Assembly: GCA_043805415.1 (NCBI GenBank)
Contig: JAZDHZ010000035.1
Coordinates: 8,557-72,556, forward strand
From: Candidatus Omnitrophota bacterium
GTDB taxonomy: Bacteria; Omnitrophota; Gorgyraeia; B26-G9
Length of the DNA stretch: 64,000 bases
Direction of reading: 5' to 3'
Positions 8,391 through 18,246 of the stretch are shown here, piece by piece; positions within the stretch are counted from its first letter, which is position 1; every line of letters starts with the position of its first letter. The notes under the pieces are model-generated. The model searched no databases, was not told the DNA's origin, and saw only the letters and a program-made list of their open reading frames with translations. The position numbers and the translations under genes are program-made.

Positions 8391-10274
8391 ATGTCAAAAA
8401 ATAGTGTTTTTCCTATAAACAATATTCTGAATTTCTTAAATAAAAAGCAAACTTTCATTCTTCTTGAAAGCTCGCTTTATGATCAGCAAAATCATCTTTC
8501 CTATATTTTTACTGATCCGATCAAAATTATCCAAACAAACTCTCTTAATAAAATAGAATCCTGTTTTAATCAAATCGAGCAGGCAAAAAAAAGCGGATAC
8601 TATGTAAGCGGCTTTATCAGCTATGAAACAGGTTATACAATAAGTGATAAATTTAAAAAATTAAAAATACCCCTGCCTGATTTTCCCCTTATCTGGATGG
8701 GCGTGTTTAAAAAACCGATTATTTTTGATCATCAAAAAAATAAATTCACCAGCAATAGTAAAATCCCTTTTTTAAATACTAAAGAAAACTTTCTTGCCCA
8801 TTATCAATTAAAAAACCTAAAACTTGATATTTCGCGAGCTGAGTATATCCGCAATATTAAAAAAATTAAACGTTTAATTGAAGCCGGCGATACCTATCAG
8901 GTAAATTATACAACTAAATACAAGTTTAATTTTAAAGGATCCAGCCTGGCTTTATACAAAAAGCTCCGCAATAATCAGTCAATCGCCTATGGCGCTTTTA
9001 TCAAAAGCCCGGAGTTTGACATACTCTCATTTTCGCCGGAACTGTTTTTCTGCCAAAACAAAAACAAACTTCTGGTAAAGCCAATGAAAGGAACAGCTGC
9101 TCGCGGCATTAATATCCGCGAAGACAGGAAAAATAAAAAAGCCCTTGCCGCTGACATTAAGAATCAGGCAGAAAACCTTATGATCGTTGACTTACTGCGC
9201 AATGACTTAGGAAAAATCTCCAAAACAGGCAGCGTGCGTGTAAACAAACTATTTACTGTGGAAACTTACAAAACATTACTGCAAATGACATCAACCATTA
9301 CAAGCAGATTAAAAACCAACACTTGTTTATGGGAATTATTTTTAAGCATATTCCCCTCAGGATCAGTAACCGGAGCGCCGAAAATCCGCACCATGGAAAT
9401 AATTCATCAGCTGGAACCAGAGCCCCGAGGAATATATACCGGAGCGATTGGGGTTTTTGCGCCAAAAAACAAAGCAGTTTTTAATGTAGCCATTCGAACC
9501 ATTGCCATAAAAAACAATCATGGGCAAATGGGAATCGGCGGAGGGATTACCTATAGCTCTGATCCGATTGCCGAATATAATGAATGCAAGTTAAAAGCTA
9601 AATTTTTAACTATGCCTGATTTTAAATTAATCGAAACAATGCTTTGGAGAAAAAAATGCGGGTTTTATCTTTTAGAGCATCACTTAAATAGACTTAAGCG
9701 CTCAGCTAAATTCTTCGAATATCCTTATTCTGAAAAAGCAATACTGCAGAATCTCAACAAATTAACGCTCACATTAAATAAACAATGGCCCTACAAAATA
9801 AGGCTTTTACTTGATCAATCCGGAGAGATAATTTTAGACCCTGCGGTTATTTTAAACAAAAAAACTGATTTAAAACACAGAATCATGTTATCTGAAAAAC
9901 ATACCGACAGTGCTGATATTTTTCTTTATCATAAAACCACTAATCGCGAACTTTATACTTCAGAATATGAAAAATGTAAACAGCTTGGATTTTTTGATTT
10001 GATCTTTTGCAATGAAAAAAATCAGATTACCGAAGGAGCTGTCTCTAATATATTCATCAAGAAACAGGGGATATATTATACCCCGCCTATTAAATGCGGA
10101 GTTTTACCCGGAGTATTTAGAACTTATTTAATTAATCAGAAAAAACTTAAGCTGCAGGAAAAGATACTCTATCTCCAGGACCTAAAAACAGCAGACGCAA
10201 TATATTGCACTAATGCTGTTCGGGGATTGGTAAAAGTAAAGCTGGAAATGCTTAGGCTGCTTATACCTGCCTGA
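8391..10274 (+). CDS. pabB: Aminodeoxychorismate synthase component I fused to aminodeoxychorismate lyase (PabB-PabC fusion)
   Basis: 627 aa; chorismate-binding domain motifs (SPELFF, KPMKGTAARG, GAIGVF, IGGGITYSSDPIAEYNE); C-terminal ~250 aa resembles class-IV aminotransferase/ADC lyase. Confidence 0.8.
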   Translation: MSKNSVFPINNILNFLNKKQTFILLESSLYDQQNHLSYIFTDPIKIIQTNSLNKIESCFNQIEQAKKSGYYVSGFISYETGYTISDKFKKLKIPLPDFPLIWMGVFKKPIIFDHQKNKFTSNSKIPFLNTKENFLAHYQLKNLKLDISRAEYIRNIKKIKRLIEAGDTYQVNYTTKYKFNFKGSSLALYKKLRNNQSIAYGAFIKSPEFDILSFSPELFFCQNKNKLLVKPMKGTAARGINIREDRKNKKALAADIKNQAENLMIVDLLRNDLGKISKTGSVRVNKLFTVETYKTLLQMTSTITSRLKTNTCLWELFLSIFPSGSVTGAPKIRTMEIIHQLEPEPRGIYTGAIGVFAPKNKAVFNVAIRTIAIKNNHGQMGIGGGITYSSDPIAEYNECKLKAKFLTMPDFKLIETMLWRKKCGFYLLEHHLNRLKRSAKFFEYPYSEKAILQNLNKLTLTLNKQWPYKIRLLLDQSGEIILDPAVILNKKTDLKHRIMLSEKHTDSADIFLYHKTTNRELYTSEYEKCKQLGFFDLIFCNEKNQITEGAVSNIFIKKQGIYYTPPIKCGVLPGVFRTYLINQKKLKLQEKILYLQDLKTADAIYCTNAVRGLVKVKLEMLRLLIPA

Positions 10275-10647
10275 TTTTATAGTTATGCGAGCCTATTTCT
10301 TTATTATCAATATAAAATTTAATCAAATAATCACCAGCAGTTTCATACCGCACATTAACAAACTGGCCAATAAACCCAAAATTGCGCCGCGGGTCTACCT
10401 TTACTTCCTGTGATATGCTAGCTAGCTGCTTTTGACTTTTATCATCAAGAATAAGTTCGCAGGTAAACTTATCCTTGTCATTTACTCCTGAAATATTTGC
10501 CACAATAAACATGAGTGGATGATGAGTTGGAAGCTGCAGAACATTTATATTTTCAAATATGCCGTTCATACTCAGCTTTCCTTCTCTGCTAACAGAAGCA
10601 TAATCACATAAAAAAGAAAAATTTAACTTCGCGTTTAATACACTCAT
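10261..10647 (-). CDS. Hypothetical protein
   Basis: 128 aa ORF with good coding appearance; no recognisable motif. Confidence 0.35.
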   Translation of the reverse strand: MSVLNAKLNFSFLCDYASVSREGKLSMNGIFENINVLQLPTHHPLMFIVANISGVNDKDKFTCELILDDKSQKQLASISQEVKVDPRRNFGFIGQFVNVRYETAGDYLIKFYIDNKEIGSHNYKIRQV

Positions 10648-10721
10648 GATTCCCTCTCTTTTAAATTTATCGGCGCAAGCTCATCAATAACCCTGCCCTC
10701 TATACCCTGTCTGATATCCGA

Positions 10722-11108
10722 CTAATCTTGCTTGTATTTCGCATTCAAAGATTTCTTGCGGCACGCAAAGACATAAGCAGTTATTAAATTTTTCACCTCA
10801 AGCGAAGTTTTGCTGAATTTAAATCTTGTTGCATACAGCATTTCTTCGCCTTTATCCCCAATAACTCCGATTAATTCCGAGTTAATAACTTCTGCTTCCG
10901 CCTTAATCGGCTCTTTATTTTTAGGAAGAACTATTGACATCTGCATTTTATCACCGGAACTTAGTTTATGATTTAAATAAACTTTAATCCCTCCGGCACT
11001 AATGTCGCGTGTTTTTGTCCGAATAATTGTAGTTACCTCTGAAGCGCTGGAGACAAATTCGACTTCTACAAGATCTTCAATCCTTTTATATACTCTTTTC
11101 TGATCCAT
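10722..11108 (-). CDS. PilZ-domain protein (c-di-GMP receptor)
   Basis: 128 aa; RVYKR (RxxxR) and TRDISAGGIKV (DxSxGG) PilZ signature motifs. Confidence 0.55.
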   Translation of the reverse strand: MDQKRVYKRIEDLVEVEFVSSASEVTTIIRTKTRDISAGGIKVYLNHKLSSGDKMQMSIVLPKNKEPIKAEAEVINSELIGVIGDKGEEMLYATRFKFSKTSLEVKNLITAYVFACRKKSLNAKYKQD

Positions 11109-11142
11109 AACACTGCCTTTCTTTGGTCTCTTACAGTTAATA

Positions 11143-11697
11143 TTATTTTATAAGCGCATTCTTTTTAACAGTATCTGCTGTGTCTTGACCGCAAAGCTTT
11201 TTTACGATTGCCAAAGCAAAATCAAAACTCGCTCCAGGCCCGGAGGCAGTAATAATATTTTTATCAATAACCAGATCATCTTTTTTATACATAATATCCG
11301 GAGAAAATAAAGCTTCCTCTCCCGGATAACAAGTCGCGTATTTGCCTTTAAGCACTCCGGCCCGAACAAGCGAATGAGCAGGACTTGCGCAAATAGCCGC
11401 GACAACCGCCCCCTGGTCTGCGGTTTTTTTAATCAACTCAATAACCAGATCTGAAGACTCAAGATTACGAGCCCCCGGCATACCTCCTGGCAAAACCAAA
11501 GCATCAGGAATGAAATTTATATCCGCGAGCTTTACTTGCGCTTGAACTGTTATTTTCCGAGACCCGACAACTTGTAAATCAGCACCAATACAAGCAATCA
11601 TTGCATCAATCCCTGCTCGGCGCAGAATATCAATACTAATAATTGCTTCCATTTCTTCAAAGCCTTGGGCTAATATAATTATTGCTCTGGGTTTCAT
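11143..11697 (-). CDS. DJ-1/PfpI family protein
   Basis: 184 aa; DJ-1 fold motifs (ALVLPGGMPGA; AAICASP nucleophile elbow with Cys). Confidence 0.8.
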   Translation of the reverse strand: MKPRAIIILAQGFEEMEAIISIDILRRAGIDAMIACIGADLQVVGSRKITVQAQVKLADINFIPDALVLPGGMPGARNLESSDLVIELIKKTADQGAVVAAICASPAHSLVRAGVLKGKYATCYPGEEALFSPDIMYKKDDLVIDKNIITASGPGASFDFALAIVKKLCGQDTADTVKKNALIK

Positions 11698-11794
11698 AAG
11701 ATTATTTGAAAATTTTTAAGGTTTAAAAATTTATATTTTACTGCTTATTGAGTATTGTACCCTTTTTTGGTTTAAAAAGTCAAATTCAAACAAA

Positions 11795-12391
11795 CTAATC
11801 AAGAGAAAAGACAATCGCAACATGAATATTTACCATTTGTTGCGACAGTTCATCCGGTATAGGTAAAAACGGGCTGGATCTTTGAATGGTATTAAGTGCT
11901 TCTATATCCAATAGTTCTGATCCTGAACTTTGCACAATATGGATAGGCCCAGTTGTTCCATTAGCAAAAACTGAAAACTTTAAACCAACACTGCCTTTGG
12001 TTTGATTGCGTCGCGCTCTTAGAGGATATTTTCTAAATCTTTCAATTCTTTGCTTAATCATATCCTGATAACGCAGCATTGCTTGTTTGGCTATATCTTC
12101 GGCTTTTATTTCTTCTAATTTTAAAGCTGCAGCCTGCGCATTAAAAACAGCATTACCCTGTTCTTGCACATTCTCTTGCTTTTCTTGCTGAGGCACGATT
12201 TGTTTAATCTCCCCCACAACCCAGATCTCAGGCAATAGGGGAGATTTTTTTTCATCGATTTGCACAACTTGAGTTTTCGGCATGCTCTGCTTAACCGGAA
12301 AATTAAACAATCCTCCCAGAGCGCCGATAAGCGCGATATGCATCGCGCCGGATATAATAAACGCGTAAAAAACAACTTGTTTATCTGTCAT
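11795..12391 (-). CDS. TonB family energy-transducer protein
   Basis: 198 aa; N-terminal TM anchor, Pro/Glu/Gln-rich linker, C-terminal TonB domain (YPLRARRNQTKGSVGLKFSV...GPIHIVQSSGSELLDIEAL). Lies immediately downstream of the TonB-dependent receptor. Confidence 0.7.
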   Translation of the reverse strand: MTDKQVVFYAFIISGAMHIALIGALGGLFNFPVKQSMPKTQVVQIDEKKSPLLPEIWVVGEIKQIVPQQEKQENVQEQGNAVFNAQAAALKLEEIKAEDIAKQAMLRYQDMIKQRIERFRKYPLRARRNQTKGSVGLKFSVFANGTTGPIHIVQSSGSELLDIEALNTIQRSSPFLPIPDELSQQMVNIHVAIVFSLD

Positions 12392-12406
12392 ATTATCTGA
12401 CGATGT

Positions 12407-14350
12407 TTAAAAAACACCTTTTACTCCCACATAAAGCGATCTATCCATGCCGTTATATCCGCGTATCGGCTCATAAGCAATGTCAAAAATATTATCAATC
12501 CGTCCAAATAATTGAATATTTTCCCTTAACTGATACTGGCTGGCAAGATTAGTAATAAAATATTGTTTATTCTTATTATCATTATAAGCCGGCGCGTCCA
12601 TGCGCGAGCCAACATACTGAGCGCTTAACCGAATATCGCCTTTTTCCGAATAAGCCCACTCAAAAAATCCATTAGCTTGATTTTTTGCCCTGCGGCCGAA
12701 TTCCTGGGCTGTATCTGAATCCCGGGTTTTTGTATAAGTATAATTGCCGCCGATTTTTAATGCTTTCAAAACATCAAACTTTGATTCAAGCTCATAGCCT
12801 CTGGCAGTACCGCTTTTAATATTAACATACGCCCAGGTTATGGGATCGCTATCAATTAAATTTTCATATTTATCATAAAAATATGTTGCTGAAAAAAACA
12901 GTTTATTATCCAGACAACGATGCTCTGCTCCAAGATCAAAGCCGCGGCTTTTTTCCGGCTGAAGATTAGCATTCCCATAACTGCCGTCATACAGCTGATA
13001 AATATTCGGCGCTCTGAATGCTGTCCCATAACTTGCTTTTAAACGCGTCATTGTATTGGGAATAAGATATGATGAAGACAGCTTATAGGTCCATTCTGAA
13101 CCAAAAATATCATGCTTATCAACGCGAAATCCCGCGCTGGTAAACAGCTGGTCAGCGAATTCAGCTTGGTTCTGAAAATAAAAAGCCTTATTCTCCAATG
13201 ATCTTCTGTCTGATTGATTATTGCTCCACCAATTAGATCCGGTGGAGTAAGAAGCTCCCCGCTCCTGTTCATATTCACAGCCCAGAGTTTCCGTATCCCA
13301 TTCTGCCAGAGAAATATTATGCTGCCATTCTATTTTTTTGCGGTCTCCCCTGAACCGCGAATACTCATTTTCCGTTGTATCAATGCTGTCCGCCGGATCA
13401 CTGTCATTACGGTCAAAACTAACTCCGGATAAAGTTAATGTATGATCCCAGTTTTCATTTAGCTTTTGCGATAGTCCAAGACTTCCGGAAAATTGCTCTG
13501 ATTCAGTAATCCGATTCGGATCATCCTCATAAGCGCCATCATCAACCGCAACTTCAGCATTTACATAGCGCATATTGGCAAATAGTTTAGTGTTTTCACA
13601 AATTCCCACTCCAATGCGTGAGGAAAATGTGGTATTTGAATATCCATCATCATCCTGTCCGTCGCGGGCTTTAGATATCCCATCGCTGTCAGTTCTCGAT
13701 GCCGCGGCGGAAAAATCAACTTTTTCTTCACTGCCGGATATGGCGATTGATTCCATTAATGTATTATGCGAGCCATACTCTGCCATTACCTCTGTTTTTG
13801 CCGGTCCCTGCCCCTGCTTGGTAATAACATTAATCACTCCGGCCATGGCGTCTGAGCCATACAATGTGCTCTGCGGACCACGCACTATTTCAATGCGTTC
13901 AATATTAGCTGAAGTTAAATGCGCGAAATCAAAATCCTTACTTACTGCCATGGGATCATATACTTCTATTCCATCAATCATGACTAAAGTTTGGCCTCTT
14001 TTCGCGCCGCGGATATTAATTGAAACCGCGCCGCCAAACGAACCGATTGAATCTACCGAAATGCCTGGAACTTCGCTGAGAATCTCATAAACTGGTTTAT
14101 TGGCTTCACTGGCTAAATCTTCCGCGGTAATCACAGTTGTCGAAGCGCCTACTTCAGACTGATAGGTTTGAGTTTTAGTCGCGGAAACAATTACATTGCC
14201 CAGATCATAATCCTGAGCAAATACCTTACAACTATCTATTGCTATTAACATAATCAAACATAATAAAACACATAATATTTTCTTATTCATTTTTTCTTTT
14301 CTCCTCCCGCGAGAATACTCTCCCATTAAAGCAATCGACCGGACTAACAA
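12407..14350 (-). CDS. btuB: TonB-dependent outer-membrane receptor (BtuB-like, vitamin B12/cobalamin uptake)
   Basis: 647 aa; signal peptide, TonB box (DLGNVIVSATKT), plug domain and beta-barrel ending in a C-terminal Phe; sits in the cobalamin uptake locus. Confidence 0.75.
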   Translation of the reverse strand: MLVRSIALMGEYSRGRRKEKMNKKILCVLLCLIMLIAIDSCKVFAQDYDLGNVIVSATKTQTYQSEVGASTTVITAEDLASEANKPVYEILSEVPGISVDSIGSFGGAVSINIRGAKRGQTLVMIDGIEVYDPMAVSKDFDFAHLTSANIERIEIVRGPQSTLYGSDAMAGVINVITKQGQGPAKTEVMAEYGSHNTLMESIAISGSEEKVDFSAAASRTDSDGISKARDGQDDDGYSNTTFSSRIGVGICENTKLFANMRYVNAEVAVDDGAYEDDPNRITESEQFSGSLGLSQKLNENWDHTLTLSGVSFDRNDSDPADSIDTTENEYSRFRGDRKKIEWQHNISLAEWDTETLGCEYEQERGASYSTGSNWWSNNQSDRRSLENKAFYFQNQAEFADQLFTSAGFRVDKHDIFGSEWTYKLSSSYLIPNTMTRLKASYGTAFRAPNIYQLYDGSYGNANLQPEKSRGFDLGAEHRCLDNKLFFSATYFYDKYENLIDSDPITWAYVNIKSGTARGYELESKFDVLKALKIGGNYTYTKTRDSDTAQEFGRRAKNQANGFFEWAYSEKGDIRLSAQYVGSRMDAPAYNDNKNKQYFITNLASQYQLRENIQLFGRIDNIFDIAYEPIRGYNGMDRSLYVGVKGVF

Positions 14351-14709
14351 AATAGCTCTTAGTTCTTAGCTCTTGGCTCTTAGTTTTTTTATTTCTGTTT
14401 TTCCTACGAGCTTAAGAGCTACCAGCTACAAGCTAAATGTATTACCGTTGCGCGGCAGCGCTTTGAATCACACAAAGACTTCCTTTGCTTTTAGGGCAAA
14501 TCTCTTTTTCGGACTTTTAAGTTAATTTAAATTAATTAATATTTACGCCTCTACTCCTAAACCTCCCAGCCTCCTTTCTCCCAATTAATATCCCATCTTC
14601 GTTATTTTCGTCTTATCCTGCAATAGTTGCTTGTCCCGACTTTGTGTGTCGGGGACACGTTTCTACTCTATCCGCTGTACTCAATACTCAAGATGATCAG
14701 CGGATGAAT

Positions 14710-14806
14710 CTCTGATTTTGCCAGTCCTATCAAAATCAGGCTTCAAACCCGCCTAAATAATTATTCCTGCCCTTTATAGTTTATCGCTTTTAGCTTGCAA
14801 CCTTGT
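14710..14806. repeat. Dispersed ~97-bp intergenic element, copy 1 (contains 9-bp inverted repeat CTGATTTTG...CAAAATCAG and promoter-like TTGCAA-N16-TATAAA on the minus strand)
   Basis: ~93% identical to 23657..23753. Located 350-460 nt upstream of btuB. Confidence 0.8.
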
Positions 14807-14854
14807 TACTTTGTGAACTTTAATTAAATTAATAGTTATGAGTTTCAAGCTTTT

Positions 14855-14894
14855 GCTATGAGCCATGACCTATGAGCTAAGCGTTTTGCGCTTC
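14855..14894. repeat. REP-like intergenic repeat family member A (GCTATGAGCCAT...AGCTAAGCG..GCGCTT)
   Basis: Shares GCTATGAGCCAT and AGCTAAGCG-loop-GCGCTT hairpin with 22641..22683 and 30252..30291; immediately 3' of cobO. Confidence 0.65.
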
Positions 14895-14900
14895 CTGTTT

Positions 14901-15437
14901 TTAGTATTCAATTCCTTTTCTTGCCGCAATCCCTTTTTGATAAGGATGTTTTACTTCCTTGATAAAACTTACCAGATCAGCTTTTTTAATCATTTTTTTT
15001 GTTGCCCCGCGTCCGGTAAAAACCAGCTCAAGATTATTTGGCTTTAAATCCATCAAATCAAGCACCTCTTGTTCCTGGATAAAACCATCCCGCACGCAAA
15101 TATTAATTTCATCGGCAATTAAAAGATCAAACTTGTTTTCTCTAAAAACTTTTTTAATATCTTTGATCCCTTTAGCACAGTCATTTTGGAGAGTTTCAAA
15201 ACAAGCCTGCTTTTTTGTAGCACACAAAGGATGGCTTTTAGCAAAACAATGTACTGCTATGCTGATTTTTTTTAATAAATCATAAACTGGCTTGCATTGT
15301 TTTGGATCTTTATGAAAACTAATATAGCAAACCTTCATTTTATGAGCACTGGCCCGCATAGCCAGTCCGCAAGCAGCAGTTGTCTTTCCCTTGCCTGGTC
15401 CGGTATAAATCTGAATTAACCCTCTTTTATTTTTCAT
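14901..15437 (-). CDS. cobO: Cob(I)alamin/cob(I)yrinic acid a,c-diamide adenosyltransferase (CobO/BtuR type)
   Basis: 178 aa; IQIYTGPGKGKTTAACGLAMRA P-loop and overall CobA/CobO family similarity. Confidence 0.8.
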   Translation of the reverse strand: MKNKRGLIQIYTGPGKGKTTAACGLAMRASAHKMKVCYISFHKDPKQCKPVYDLLKKISIAVHCFAKSHPLCATKKQACFETLQNDCAKGIKDIKKVFRENKFDLLIADEINICVRDGFIQEQEVLDLMDLKPNNLELVFTGRGATKKMIKKADLVSFIKEVKHPYQKGIAARKGIEY

Positions 15438-16225
15438 AATTCCTCATTATCTTTTGCAACCAGAAAAACATGCGGCTTTTGCGAAACTGGATTTTTACTA
15501 ACCAAAACATCAGTTTTATAAACAGTCTCAATAGTTGCCTTATTTAAAACCTGTTCCACAGAACCGATTTTATGCACCAATCCTTTATCCATTAAAACCA
15601 GCTGATCGCAATATTCCGCGGCAAAGTTAAGTTCATGCAATACAATGATCACGCTTAAATTATGTTTTTTATTTAAACGCTTTAACAAATCCATAATATA
15701 CATTTGATGGAAAATATCCAAGTGAACTATTGGCTCATCTAATAATAAGAGTTTGGGTTTTTGCGCTAAGGACTTGGCAATAATTGCCATTTGCCTTTCT
15801 CCAGCGCTTAATTCGCAGAGGTTTCTTTTAGCAAAGCCAACCAAGTCTGTCATTTCTAAGGATTGCCGGATAATTTTCTGATCAAGCGCGTTTTCAAAAA
15901 ACTGAAAATTCCCCTGATGCGGAATCCGGCCTAAAGCAACGAAATCCTCCACACTAATATCAAAATTAGCTTCTATATCATTACTCACCACCGCAATATT
16001 TTGGGCAAGTTCCTTATAACTCATCCTGCTAATATTCTTTTGGTTAAATATCGCTGATCCAGCCCGCAGCGGCAATACTCTGGTTATTGCTCTGAGCAAT
16101 GTAGTCTTGCCTGAGCCATTGGGCCCGATTATGCCGACAATCTGCTTTTCCCGAACATTAAAATTAATATCTCTTAAGCAGAATTGTTCTGAATATCCAC
16201 AGCTGATATTTTTAAGTTGCAACAT
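15434..16225 (-). CDS. btuD: ABC transporter ATP-binding protein (BtuD/FecE type)
   Basis: 263 aa; Walker A GPNGSGKTT, signature LSAGERQ, Walker B LLLDEP. Confidence 0.8.
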   Translation of the reverse strand: MLQLKNISCGYSEQFCLRDINFNVREKQIVGIIGPNGSGKTTLLRAITRVLPLRAGSAIFNQKNISRMSYKELAQNIAVVSNDIEANFDISVEDFVALGRIPHQGNFQFFENALDQKIIRQSLEMTDLVGFAKRNLCELSAGERQMAIIAKSLAQKPKLLLLDEPIVHLDIFHQMYIMDLLKRLNKKHNLSVIIVLHELNFAAEYCDQLVLMDKGLVHKIGSVEQVLNKATIETVYKTDVLVSKNPVSQKPHVFLVAKDNEEL

Positions 16226-16227
16226 TT

Positions 16228-17238
16228 CTATCTGCCCCTTTTATGATTTAAAGCATAAATAAAAATTGTCCCGCCGACAATGCCGGTAATAACTCCCACT
16301 GGTAATTCCAAGGGAGAGATGATGCTTCTAGCTATCGCGTCACTGGCAATTAAAAATATTGCTCCGGCAAGATAACTGCATATCAGCAATATTCGGTGAT
16401 CTCCGCCGGTAAACATCCGGACAAAATGCGGCATAACCAGCCCAACAAAGCCAATAATTCCCGCAACCGAAACACTGGCTCCGGTGAGCAAGGAAGTCAA
16501 CAGAAAAAGAATTTTCTGCGTTCTTTGGGTATTAACTCCCAGATGCATCGCATGTTCAGTGCCCAAGGAAAAAGCATTTAACTCTCTGCAGAAGATATAG
16601 GAAACAAATAAACCGAGAATGGAAATTAAAACCATTATTTTTATCAGTATCCAGCTGGACTGTTCCAAACATCCCATTGTCCAGAAAATAATCCCATGCA
16701 GATCTTCTACCCGCATAACCGCCATAATCAGCATAAACAAAGAAGAACAGATAAAACTGATCATCACTCCGGATAAAAGAAGTCCCTGCAGCTTCAAGAC
16801 GCCTTTGCGGTAGCTTAAAAAATAAACAAATAAAATCACCAGACCTGAACCTAAAAATCCGGCCAGGGGCATGGATATAACCCCAAGAGTTTTGTTAAGA
16901 TGAAAAGCAATGTTCAGACAAACCCCTAAAGCCGCGCCGCCGGATATACCCAGAGTATATGGTTCAACCAAAGGATTGCGGAACATGCCTTGCAAAATAA
17001 CCCCGGCAAGGCTCAAGGCGCTGCCCACAGCAAAGCCCAGAATTATTCTCGGCAAACGCACATTAAGCAGGATACTGTAGTTTGTTGAAGTCTTATCAGG
17101 ACTTAGAAAAAATTTCAGCACTTCTTCCAGCGGGATTTTAGTTGCCCCGACAGACAAAGCAAAACCCGCGGTTATAAATAAGATGAGCAGCAGCATCCCG
17201 ATTAAAATCAGCCATGATACAATTTTTTTAAACAGCAT
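16228..17238 (-). CDS. btuC: FecCD-family ABC permease (BtuC type)
   Basis: 336 aa polytopic membrane protein with FecCD family character. Confidence 0.8.
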   Translation of the reverse strand: MLFKKIVSWLILIGMLLLILFITAGFALSVGATKIPLEEVLKFFLSPDKTSTNYSILLNVRLPRIILGFAVGSALSLAGVILQGMFRNPLVEPYTLGISGGAALGVCLNIAFHLNKTLGVISMPLAGFLGSGLVILFVYFLSYRKGVLKLQGLLLSGVMISFICSSLFMLIMAVMRVEDLHGIIFWTMGCLEQSSWILIKIMVLISILGLFVSYIFCRELNAFSLGTEHAMHLGVNTQRTQKILFLLTSLLTGASVSVAGIIGFVGLVMPHFVRMFTGGDHRILLICSYLAGAIFLIASDAIARSIISPLELPVGVITGIVGGTIFIYALNHKRGR

Positions 17239-18082
17239 TTATTTCTTCCTTATATAGAAATTCAATGATCAGCTTAAGCGTATTAGCAAAATTATCCGGA
17301 ATTGGATTGCAAATCACATTCGGATCAATACAATAAACCTTTTTATTTTTTACAGCATTAATTGTTTGATATCTATTCCATATCTGCTTTTCATCATCTG
17401 CCGCGATTCCCATGGAAGCAATAATAATCACATCCGGATTTAGTTCCACAACCTTTTCCCGGGAATATATGCCGGTTGGCGCGTTTTCCGCGATGTTTAT
17501 CCCTCCGGCAAGCTTAATCAAATCATTAACAAAAAACTCCTTATTCATTGTAAACAATGGTTTACTGCCCACTTGAATAAACACTTTTTGCCGAGGTTTG
17601 TTTAAAATTCCCTGATTAAGCGCTTTAACTTTTTTCTGCGCTTGAGCAACAATTTCTTTTGCTTGTGCCTGCTTACGCACTAAGCTTGCCAGTTTTAAAA
17701 ACTGATCGCAAATTTGAGAAAAATCTTTTACCTGCTCAAAATCCACAACATTAAGCTTGATTTGGCGCATTTTAGTTTTCGCCTTGGCATTAGTCAAAGG
17801 AGTTGTTAATACTAAATCCGGGCGCAAAGATATCACCTTTTCCAGATTAACCTCGACAATTGAACCGGCTTTTTCTTTTTTCTGCGCTTCGGGCGGACGA
17901 TTACAATAAGTCGTTACTCCGACAATGTCATCCTCAACGCCTAATAAAAAAAGCCCTTCGGTTAAATATGAACCTAAAGAAACAATCCTTTTCGGGCCGC
18001 TGTCCTGCTCGGTGGCAAAACAATTACCACTAAAAGCAATAATAAAAGAAACAAGCAGTATATAAAATAATCTTTTTATCAT
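17228..18082 (-). CDS. btuF: Periplasmic binding protein of ABC transporter (BtuF-like cobalamin-binding protein)
   Basis: 284 aa; signal peptide; class III PBP (PRIVSLGSYLTEGLFLLG, PDLVL); first gene downstream of the cobalamin riboswitch. Confidence 0.7.
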   Translation of the reverse strand: MIKRLFYILLVSFIIAFSGNCFATEQDSGPKRIVSLGSYLTEGLFLLGVEDDIVGVTTYCNRPPEAQKKEKAGSIVEVNLEKVISLRPDLVLTTPLTNAKAKTKMRQIKLNVVDFEQVKDFSQICDQFLKLASLVRKQAQAKEIVAQAQKKVKALNQGILNKPRQKVFIQVGSKPLFTMNKEFFVNDLIKLAGGINIAENAPTGIYSREKVVELNPDVIIIASMGIAADDEKQIWNRYQTINAVKNKKVYCIDPNVICNPIPDNFANTLKLIIEFLYKEEINAV

Positions 18083-18246
18083 CTTTCTCCTAAATAAAAT
18101 TCATCATCCGCCTAAAACATGGCGAAACCTTCGACCTGTGCTCATTGCGCTTGCCTCGCCGCTTTTCCGGCGGGAGATTGTTACATCCTGTAACCGCCAC
18201 AAAACACACATCGTGTGCTCATGGCGAGATTGTTACATCCTGTAAC

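Noticed and set aside
12121-14090. Several 70-170-aa ORFs (12121..12375, 13048..13278, 13214..13432, 13575..14090) overlapping tonB/btuB
   Set aside because: All are alternative-frame or antisense ORFs inside genes with clear family signatures; no independent support.
14351-14450. Possible CRISPR-like array from AGCT-rich short repeats (agctcttagttcttagctcttggctcttag...)
   Set aside because: Units are irregular in length and sequence with no unique spacers of constant size. No cas genes in the window. Interpreted as degenerate tandem/REP-like repeats.
14351-14900. Second cobalamin riboswitch upstream of btuB
   Set aside because: Searched both strands by eye for the B12 box (GCCACTG / CAGTGGC) and the GGTGNNAATCC element; neither is present. 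Left as an unexplained structured leader (see findings).
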